Source: Lingula anatina
Lineage: Eukaryota > Animalia > Brachiopoda
NCBI GenBank assembly: GCA_051362555.1
Contig: CM120647.1
Coordinates: forward strand, 15,972,651 to 16,036,650
DNA: 64,000 nucleotides
Direction: 5' to 3'
Shown here: positions 53,981 through 64,000 of the stretch, piece after piece
Numbering within the stretch: the stretch's first letter is position 1
Layout: each line of letters opens with the position of its first letter
Made by a program: the position numbers and the translations under genes
Notes under the pieces: model-generated
What the model saw: only the letters and a program-made list of their open reading frames with translations
Database searches by the model: none
Told to the model about the DNA's origin: nothing

Positions 53981-54064
53981 ATGTTAATGAATCACCTGTA
54001 AAATGACAATTTTGACGTTTACGTAACTCGTGTGCCTTGGAGCAGTTGGTGAAAATAGTATAAA
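53981..54064 (+). promoter_or_regulatory. Core promoter of cystine-knot gene C
   Basis: ATGTTAATGAA at 53981, TGACGT at 54013, TATAAA at 54059. Confidence 0.7.
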
Positions 54065-54162
54065 AGTACGTCGTGTTACATCTGCTGGTAAACACGCCCT
54101 CAGAGCTACACTGAAGAAGACTTCAATTTTTCAAGTAATTCTACATTTATCGATCTTTCAAG

Positions 54163-54324
54163 ATGAAGGTAAGCAGTCATTGTGGTTATTTTACTTAGTC
54201 CACTTGCTTTTTTTCACCACAAAGGTTCTAGCGGTCCTAAGCACGAAGATCTATTCGCTGGTCTCTTTATAGCTTTACCATCACAGAAACTGCAAAAATG
54301 TGTGTATGATTTAATTTACTAAGA

Positions 54325-54368
<44 letters not shown>

Positions 54369-57300
54369 AGAGAGTTTATAAGTAATTTCAACCAGTCCCC
54401 AACCTTTTTATTGTGACTGGTTAAAATGTCTCTTAATTTCAGTTTTGTCCCTTCGTCTAATGTTAGCAGCGTAAGACATAATGTAGTTTTTTATTTACTG
54501 TAACGCTTTAAGGGCAGATGACTGTAAGAATGAAATATAGGTGGTCAAGACTCAAAAAAGATTTCGTTCAGTTTTTGCCTTGGGACAGACTTTTGTCGTT
54601 ATCCAACCAAACCAACACTGTTTCTGCTCAAAAAAGGGTCCTTGCTATGGTTGCAGGCCAAACTTGATTTTTTGGTCAATTTAGTTAAATCTGGAAACTT
54701 GGGCATTCTGAGATAAAACTGTCGTTTTTGGTTCTGCACTTCAATTACACGTATATCGGTACTTTTAAATTATTGTCATGTCTAATTTCCTTATTTTCCT
54801 TGCAGGGTTTTGTTTTTATGCTCCCGCTGTGTATGATGTTCGCAATGTTCGCAAAAGTGGAATCGGCCTCCAATAGATGTATGGGAATACAGATGGACAT
54901 TGGAACCGTCATGAACATAAAGAGATCTCCGGTCATACCACCTCTCAGCCCTAGCTGCCAGTAAGCGAGAATTATTTTCACAGTGTAATTTGCTCTCAGA
55001 TTAAGATTCTTCACATGAAGTACTCCCTATTAAGACTTACTTCAAATTGCCAATAAAGAAAAAAAGGTATTTTTGATGCATGCTTAAGTCTTTGCGATAG
55101 GAAAATGACCTCCATGTGAAAGAAATAGTAATTTTGTGTGCAGAAGGCAAAAAACGGGGCCTTTTTTTCTAATTCCTCGTCTGTTAATTGTGCGTGTAAA
55201 CATTTTAGTGAAAATTACTCCACAAACTATTCAAAAACATTTTCAAGTAGAGAGGGAGAAAATTAAGACACACTTAATGTGTGTTGCTCATGGTGTCTTC
55301 GCAGCTGATCTTTTAAAACATTCCCATAAATGAAAGAAATATTTGGATCTTTGTCTTCTGTTTCGGCCAAAGGCATTAATTATTATCATTATTGATGTAC
55401 TTGTTATTTTTGCGCTGTACAAAATGTTATTTTTTGTTGTATTGTAGAAATAAATTGAAGAACGCAGGGATAATTCCGTCGATGTAAGTGAACATGGCCA
55501 ATCGTAAATATTTTTGCTGCTTAGGTATATGACTGAACATTACGGTAATGTTATATTATACCACAGGGAAGCTGCAGAAACTCTATTGCATTTGATTAGT
55601 GTGACGTCAGCTCAGTGGCCCATAATAAAACCCCATAATACTGCAGCTAACTGAATTAAATTGCAATAAAGATAATAATACTTTTTGACATAAGGCCACA
55701 GTTTTTTAATTTTATGGATGACATCCTGCGCGCGCACGGATTTTCGCCCGTTCTCCAAAAAAAAAAAAAAAAAAAGCCCCCCCCCAGCCCCCAACGAAGT
55801 CGGTTGTCGCAAACGTTGTTATTGAATTTGCAAGGAAATGAGCTTTCTGCGCATGCGTATTTTTGCCACGTGGAAATGCGGCCACTTTGCTGTCAAATTC
55901 ATCTCTAGGATTACTTTCAAATTACACAACAATAAAAGTCATAAAGAGAACGGGCGCCATCGTTTTGGATTGGTATGCCATTGATATTGGGCATGGAGAT
56001 ATCACCTTTTTACAATTGTGCCAAAGGCTGGCGGCGGCCGAAACATTTCTGTGACATTCTGTATAAAGCAGCACATTAATACCAGGTTTTCTGTAGCGAA
56101 AAAAGGGTCGACAAGGGCGTCCAGGTATTTGGTGGGCTGAAGGTCGGACAGGCCACCTGACAGTTTAGCTGCTTCGTGTGAGTTGAAGTTGACAAAATGG
56201 CATCGTCTGAAATGACCTTTAATAGATTTGGTAGTATTAAGCATATCTTTGCATCATTTTTTAAACATTTCTGTGAAGTGTTCAAAATGTTTTAATATTC
56301 TGAGAATACAAATAAAGACACACTGTTTGATTGATATTTGTTTTATTGATTGCTATACCAAATGAATGCATGAAATAACCTTAAATAGATTTGGTAATAT
56401 GAAGTATATCAATTCATGACTTTTTTTACATTTCTACGAAGTATTCACAATGCTTTAATATTTTGAGAGCATGGATAAAGACATATTGTTAGTTTGATAC
56501 GTGTTTCTGTGGTTAAATTTGTGTTTCCAGCTGTGTACTGACAGCATTCCTTTACTTAAGCATTTTTTTTTTTGGGGGGGACTGTTTTTTTTTTTTTTCG
56601 CCCTCTCGCACCGATTTTGGGGTACTCAGAGGATGTCATCCATAAAAATAAAAAAGTGTGGCCTAATTGTTGATAAAAAGTCTAATTGTTTCTAGAGGGA
56701 ATAAACGTGTTTTTCTGCAGATGAGATATACTTTACAGCCTCGTCCAATCATCAAAAGGCCTTTATCACATATTTCTCTATTATTATTCTCTATTGCCTA
56801 TATACATGAATGTACGTGTATTAATTTTCGAAATAATTCATCATGGAGTCAGTCAGGCATTGGTATTGAATTGAAACATTTTGCTAGTTTTAAACCTTGT
56901 TTCAGGCCAATGTGTCCCAAGGGAAATGGCTGCACAGTGACCTATAAGGCAGTGACGTCGATCAAGTTGAGTGGCGGGAAAAGGTGCACGGTCGTCTGCC
57001 CCCATGTCCTCCATTATCCTAAAGTAGAGTGCGACGAGTAAGCAGCAGCCATGTTTTGTCTTTCAGTACAGATATTTTTTACCGTTACGCATGCGCAATC
57101 ATCTCCGTTACAGGAGTGATTCGAAACTTAGAAACGTAACACTCAAAGAATGGTTTATGGGTTTAAATTTCAGCTTTTTTGGAAATGAAGTACAATGGTG
57201 ATTAATTATGTTAAAATATTCGGGAAAATAACTCAGTATCAATACCTTTCTTTCACTGCGACTTTTGTAGCAGATTATCGTACATGCTCGTTTTCTTTTC

Positions 57301-57495
57301 TTTTAAAGTCATGAGAAATGTCCGGGGAATAAGAAATGCCAGAGGGACGACGACAGATACACGAAAACGTACCGAATTTTGGCAAAGTGCCCCGGTGAAA
57401 CCATCTTGCTTGTATCCAACCAGGCCACGTGCTGCGACTGCTTGAGCTCATTTTTCTTAGACTTTTCCTCATTATTTTCCCTCGGAAAGAAGTAG
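54163..57495 (+). CDS. Secreted 13-Cys cystine-knot protein, copy C, 159 aa
   Basis: Exons 54163-54168, 54806-54960, 56906-57037, 57309-57495: MKGFVFMLPLCMMFAMFAKVESASNRCMGIQMDIGTVMNIKRSPVIPPLSPSCQPMCPKGNGCTVTYKAVTSIKLSGGKRCTVVCPHVLHYPKVECDDHEKCPGNKKCQRDDDRYTKTYRILAKCPGETILLVSNQATCCDCLSSFFLDFSSLFSLGKK*. The last acceptor is AAG. Confidence 0.85.
55694..56663. mobile_element. Non-autonomous DNA transposon with TAA TSD (Zator/Harbinger-like) in intron 2 of cystine-knot gene C
   Basis: TAA|GGCCACAGTTTTTTAATTTTATGGATGACATCCT...AGGATGTCATCCATAAAAATAAAAAAGTGTGGCC|TAA. Confidence 0.85.
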
Positions 57496-59484
57496 TGCAG
57501 AAAGGACTGATATTTTCATATCCTCTTCTGGTCAGTTATCTCAAATGAGTTTATCGTCCAAATGAGGGCTTGTCTAGAATATGTTGACTCTTTACGGGCG
57601 TTTCCGTACGTCATCGGGCGTTTCCGGCCGTGTCATCATGGTGACGAGGGAAATGATTGGTCTGTTGTTTCAGTGACTGATTCCATGTGTCTTTAAAGTT
57701 TTTATGGCACGTGTAATGGTGTCATGAAAATAAGCAAACAGTGTGTTGTATAGGCTAGGATTTTTATCTCAGTTTCTCGTGGTCGTCGACTCCATGAACC
57801 AAAATTTGCCAAAAAGGAAATTATTTTAGTGCTTTACTTAAGAATATATATTGTCCAAACACACGGCCAAAATGATATGTTAATTCTGATGAAATCTGTA
57901 AAGGAGGACAATATTAAACCACCTTGTTTTTCATTCCGAGCGTCGATATATTGGCTTACAATGGTTACGACCGTTCGCCTTGTTTAGGTGTTTTTAGTTA
58001 AGATGACGATTAAAATACTTGTTATTATTAATTTGAACCCTTCCGCAAACTACCATTTGAAAGTACAGGTATATTGGTACATAGGGCGATTTTGTGACAA
58101 AAATAATTTTCTGCGCTGAATATAACTAACGTACAGTATGAACACTTCCGTATTTTGTGGACTGGAAATGTGGTGTTATCTCGGTTTGGGCAGTGTTGAA
58201 AATAGGCGACATCCATAGACTATTTATGACTTCAAACTTTGCAATGTAAATGTATTTTTATATTAAGTCAAGGAATATTAATTTTGATATGGTTTTAGGA
58301 TTTGAAACTGTTCTTTTGTAACCGTGTATTGCTCTGTTAGTTCAGCCGTTGTATTGAATAAACAGTGGTGAAAAGTGAATTTTTCTGTAATTATTATTAT
58401 TTTGTAATTCAACTTTAGAGTCATATGTTGACTTTGCCACAAGCTTTCGTAAGAACTACACTTTTGTAAAAAATATGTATTCACTTTCAATTCAAAATTG
58501 GAATATAAATTTAGTTTTATCTGTGACAAATAGAAAAATGGATAACAATGAAATTTGATTGGGGTTGCATGGAGATTGATTCAAACATTACCAAAGATTT
58601 TCATCGAAAAAAAAAAATCAATACATTTCATCTTGAAGAACCCATCCAATCAGGTTGCTGGTTTCGACTCTGTTGTTGTTTAGGACGAGGTCAGATTGTG
58701 TCAGAGAAGAATACCCATTAAGGTTATCATTGATGCGACAGAGAAGACGCACAGATATCTCTCACAAAATCAAGACAAATATAAAGATTAATTAAATAAA
58801 TAAATAGGTAAATTGTTGATCAAATAAATAACTGAATAAATGAATGATTGAATGGAAACTAGAAACTGTAGCAAGATAATTGAAAAAATAAGAAAGATAA
58901 AGGAATATAATAATAAATAGCGAGGTAAATATGAACAAAAGATAATATTATTTATTTTACATTATTTTCGGTATGCATCACAAAATATTCCATATGACTA
59001 TATAACGGACTTCAACTTATATCAGTACATTGGGTCATGCCACAGGTCCTTCCAACCAACCCTATCTGCCGCACTGGGGGGGGGGGGGGGAGGGGGGCGT
59101 CTCCCCTAGTTCAAGAGCCATAAAGGGACTCCCTAGACTCCCTAGGCAATGGACCACCTCTGTGGAAGTATACCCAGGTTTTTACCCACCACCCTCCAGA
59201 CTCAGGATACAAAGATCATGTAAAACACGCGCCAAAAATCAATAAAGGCCTAACAAAGTACATATTGATGAAATCGTCGTTTATTTCACAGTACAGTATC
59301 TGAGTTATGTATGTAGCCGTCGATAACAGTGCACATGTATATACCCTGATTTTGAAATATTCATATGGTTTTCCAAGTCAAACATTTCCCATCCCGGTAG
59401 TTAAAGCACGCCAAAGGGTTTTCAGTAAACAAATATTGGAGTGTTTTTTCTTTTTACTTTGTTTTATTATTGAAATGAAAGTTA

Positions 59485-59515
<31 letters not shown>

Positions 59516-60435
59516 ATGGGGGGGGGGGAGGGGTCGTGTTCCCTTTTTACAAAAACCTTAAGTCGGAATGTAATTTGAGTTGACATTTTTCGCCTATTTA
59601 CTAAAGAAGTGATTTTCATTTTTCTTATAAGTTTAATAGAAGATTTGCTTATTATCAAAAGTGACTGTTTGCAAGATTTATTGTATTAGATAATTTTAAG
59701 TGATTTATTGACGCAAAGTAATTTGGTAATGATTTTTGTTTTGATGTCGCCTAAAGTCACGCACTTTTTGTCAATTTAATGCCATGTTTTGTCGTTTTTT
59801 TCCAAGTTTTGAGCAGCACTTAAATTATATCGTTACGGTCCTTGTAAGAGTCAAATAGAGTGAATCTCTTGTATTGCCTCAGAGTATCATTTCAGCTTAT
59901 AACCGTTACATCCAATCCTTCTTCGAGTGTAGTCTGCTGCAGAGTGCCTCGCATAAAACAGATAATAATTAAATTAAGAAAATCTTAAGAAGAGAGAGCA
60001 AGCTGTTCATTTTTTTCTCTCTTTGGACTCAGTATGATGAAGTGATAGGCCTTTTGGTCCAAACCCCACTTACAAGCAAGAGATCCAATTCTCTCACTTC
60101 CGCTTCCTTCTCTGATCATGGGAAAACGTCCCCGAATAGAGAAAATGGCAAACCGAATCACTGCCTTTTCGTCACTAGCTAAAGATCTCCCATCTACATG
60201 TAAGAGGCATATCCATTCATGAAAACAACTGCTTATCATTTCAGTTGCAAGTCCTCTTTTCAAACAATTATTTCTAAACTCTTTTTATTTCCACATTTAT
60301 TATTCTAGTGCATGCTTTCCCGTCACCGTCCAATCTCGTTTTTCACGTTATTATCATCCAATCGCATTCTCCCCAAAGATATCCCCAGATCAACAATTTC
60401 CTCTGATTATCCACCAATCACATTCAGGATTCCAT

Positions 60436-61700
60436 TCACCTCATTGAAAACCGCCTGGAAGTCAAATTCATACGCGTCACTCCCAAATGACCCAACGATC
60501 GCAAAGGCGTCGGGTTTTCCGCACTTGTATCAAGAGCGGTGTCCCAGAGTTCCAAATTCTTGACTTCTTTCTCGTCCTCCAACTCGTCTCGTGCGTCTGC
60601 GAGCATTTCCTGGTGCTCGTTGCAGCTCTGTTGTAATTTGAGTTGATGGATTTCGTGGCGGAGGGATATTAGTTGGCGCGCAAGGTCCTGATCTTGGGAA
60701 CGCATTTCAGTCTGAAATTAAATGATAAAGCCTTAATAACAATGATATCATTATAAATGTTCATGCAATTATTACCTCCGCCAAGGAGGTTATGTTTTCA
60801 TTCCTGTTTGTCTGTCCGTTTGTTTGTCATCAACATAACTCAAAAAGTTATGGACTGATTTTAATGAAATTTTCAGGAACTGTCTAAAGTGGGCCAAGTA
60901 AGAGATGATTAGTTTTTGGTGGTGATCCGAATCAATAATCAATCAATAATCAATAATAATCAAAAATCGCTGCCTTGGCGGAGGTCTGCGCTCTCGTTCA
61001 CTTTTGTTTTGCAGATACATGTTTAATAAGTCGCGTCAATCAGAAACGAATAAAGCGATAAACTTACTAGTTCCTCTCGTAACCAATCCAAAGCATCACT
61101 TATTCGCTGCTCCGCCTCCGACAGTGGCGCCGCAGTGTGGTCAGAATCCTCGACGCCATCTTCCGATATCGTACCAAGTCCATTCTGTACCGAGTTCGGT
61201 TTTCCTTTCGTGCCTCTCTGTAAGTGTTTCTCCTGCCACTCGACGGTGCTCCTTCGTCTTGTACTTAGATTTAACCGGGCAGTCATAGCTTTGAGCTCTG
61301 CTAGCCCTCCCTGCTGTTGCTGTTCTTGGGTAGTTGGCGCCATTGGCGAAAGTGACGCGTAGTCCCCATTTAACATAGACGGGGACCTACCATCTCCCAA
61401 TCCGTTTTTTAACGTCATTATAGGTGGAGACAATTTCACTTTTTTCGGCGAAAATTCAAGTTTATCAATCATCTTCGTTGATGCACGAGGCAGATGGTTC
61501 CTCTCCTCATCAGGAATTTTATTGTAATCGTTCGGGATAAAATTGCACAGAGCGTCCCCTATAAGCGCCGCCCGTCTTCGTGGCCGCTGTCGAATGACGT
61601 TCTGGTTAACGTCTTCTAGTTCTGCGGCAGCGGCAACGGCATCGGCGTTTTCGTAGATGTGGGCATCGTCGTCTTTGTTTCCATTTTCTTCTGCCATCAT
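60436..61700 (-). CDS. FAM167A: FAM167 family protein (DUF3259), 2 coding exons, ~302 aa
   Basis: Exons 61068-61700 and 60436-60711 (phase 0). Motifs LKAMTARLNLSTRRRSTVEW, ISDALDWLREEL|TEMRSQDQDLARQLISLRHEIHQLKLQQSCNEHQEML and GVTRMNLTSRRFS match FAM167A/B; probably co-orthologous to both. Confidence 0.9.
60771..60995 (+). mobile_element. Non-autonomous Helentron/HINE (DINE-1/Pearl-like) element in the FAM167 intron
   Basis: ACCTCCGCCAAGG and inverted CCTTGGCGGAGGT subterminal repeats, GTCT/GTTT microsatellite, core AACTCAAAAAGTTATGGACTGATTTTAATGAAATTTTCAGG. Confidence 0.7.
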
Positions 61701-64000
61701 AATGTTCCGATCGACGTATTTTTGAGAACTTCCAATGGTCCTTTCAGAATTATTCTTGAGGGTTTCAGTAAATATATCCTTGCATTCGGATTTCCAATTT
61801 TACAATTACCTTGAATTTGAATAGCTAGATCTATGAATTTCAGAGCTTATGAAATTTCAAACTGTATTCCGTTTAACGCCAATTTAAATTTTAATCGTCG
61901 GTATTTCAAAACGATTCATAACATCATATCGTCGCAGTAACATATTTTGGTCCTCTACTGGGTGTCTCAATATTTCAAGACGCATTCAGCTACTTTGGCC
62001 AATATTTCCTGATACACGTATGTCGCATGAAACTTAATCGCTTTGGTTTTGCGAAACGAAAGGTCTATCTTGTCTCGAATCTCGAATCGTATTATAATCT
62101 TGCCTATCTGAAATCGCGGCACGGTCTACCTAGGCTCTATGGAATCGTAGAATGGCCTATTTGACCCTCTGAAATCGAAGAACGGTCTCTCTGGTCTATC
62201 TAGATGGAAGAAATCTTGGTCCATCAACACAACCAGGAATCGCAGACCTAGATCTGCGTATATATTTCTTCTCAGATATCAGTTGTAACACAGCCCGTTC
62301 AAATATATGCATCTAGTAGACAGCCAATGTAAAAGTGCAACCCAATCCAATTAGGGATTCAACAGTTAGCATTATTAACAGGCAGACACTGGCAGAGACC
62401 ATTATCATACAGACCGCCGCTATGGACTAGGCTTGCTTGTGGTTGCCGTATTAATTCCGTATTGATGTATATCGATTGGTACCAGATTGAATAATCTGGC
62501 TTTAAAGCATTTTTCGCGGAAATGGCGGGTTGCTAGGAATGTATTATGGGGCCACTCACTGTTTTGTGTGTACAAATTTTAACAGCCCTCGGGAGAATTG
62601 AGAATTTGGGAAAACCCCAACTCCTGGATTATTTCTGAGACGTAGATATAATCTTAGACAAGTGAATCATGAAGAATTTAGTGGAGGCAAATTCCAGCAC
62701 GTATGATCCGACCTCCTCTTAAATTTCCAGGGAATAACGGGAACGAAACTGTATATAGAAAACACTGAGTTTCTTATCTAGTACCACATTCCTTGGCAAC
62801 GATGCAATCCCGATTCGATGCGTGATGAAGCTAATTGGCAAGAGTGCCTCTGATGGTCAACTTCCTGTTTCCCGCGTTTAAAGTGGGGATCTCTTATATA
62901 TTCTCCTGGTCTTCAGTGCATAGAATGTAATGGCAACTTAAATGGATACTATAACGATTTTAAAATCGTGCGACAGTGCTTCTATCTGGCGGTCACACAA
63001 TTACTGTAAAAAGATTGTTCGGTGACGGTTGAAGAAGTCGATAGTCCGATTCACTGTTTTAAAAAGTACACTTAATATCTTGTATCTGTCTTAAATGATT
63101 GTCTTTTGCAGCCATATACTCCGGCCCTGTTTCTGATACTGTTTTCTTTGGTTTCAGCTGTGATGACAAACTTATCCCAATACAAATCCGCCTATCAGCG
63201 ACTTCACTTGTCTTTTGTACGCTTCTGACGGTCCTCTGTTAGTCACAAAATCTGAAAAATAAGAAAATAACCGCTAAAATACTATGAATCATAGAGACAG
63301 CACGAAAGTACGCATTGCTTATGCACCTTTTCTCTGAGTAACCAGATGGAAGAGTGCTTTGCCTTTAATCGTAAGGCATGATTCAGTCCTACCTTGAACA
63401 TCCCCATCAGATAAATTGCATTACTGAGCATGATACAATAACCGTAATGGGGTTTACGTCTTGTTACCTGGCAACAATTGCCATGACAATAACAATAAAC
63501 TCAGGGAACATGATTCTCCAGATATCTGAGATCTGTTGGCAGATATTGTCAATTTTTTGTTTAGTACCGCGGGGGACAAGCGAGCATACCTTGCTTATTG
63601 GTGTTTGATTTCCAGAACAACCTACTTCTAGGTAACGTCTTAAAATGGTTTCCGTGTTCGTTGAAATTCGGAATAATTAATCAGACAAATAAAAGGATTA
63701 AAATGATACTTGTTGAACGTACGCGTCTCATAGAACAGTGTACCAATCTGTTGCACATGTACATTGTACAACATGGCAATTTTGTCACGAACATTTTACC
63801 AAAAGTTGGACTCTCAAATTACCAAAAATATAATAAATAAATAAATAAATAAATAAATAAATACGCCTTCGGTTGTGACATGTGATATGTGACAGATGCA
63901 TCACAAGTTTATCAAATATTAAACGAAGCTAATTCGCGGTATTGTCCACATTGATGTATGGTCATTGAATCACAATAAGAAAAATACTATTACTCACTTT

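Overview
AT-rich, intron-rich animal genomic DNA, probably an invertebrate such as a lophotrochozoan/mollusc (inferred from repeat types and gene content). Manual splicing gives eight genes. (1) The 5' 13 coding exons of OSBPL1A/ORP1L (ankyrin + PH; minus strand, continuing leftward). (2) CCDC43, head-to-head with it, carrying two consecutive U12-type introns (one AT-AC, one GT-AG) around a 35-nt exon. (3) A UBA-like + PTH2 peptidyl-tRNA hydrolase (minus). (4) A somatomedin-B-domain secreted/GPI-like protein with two +1 frameshifts. (5-7) A tandem cluster of three intact 4-exon genes for 13-cysteine Spaetzle/neurotrophin-like cystine-knot secreted proteins sharing a conserved promoter module; two end in a conserved amidation-type tail (FFLDFSSLFS[F/L]GKK). 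(8) FAM167 (minus). The rest holds a decayed hAT-like transposon, several MITE families, a Helentron-like element, and mini- and microsatellites. The cystine-knot cluster is the best candidate for an undescribed system. All homology calls come from remembered family motifs; no searches were run.
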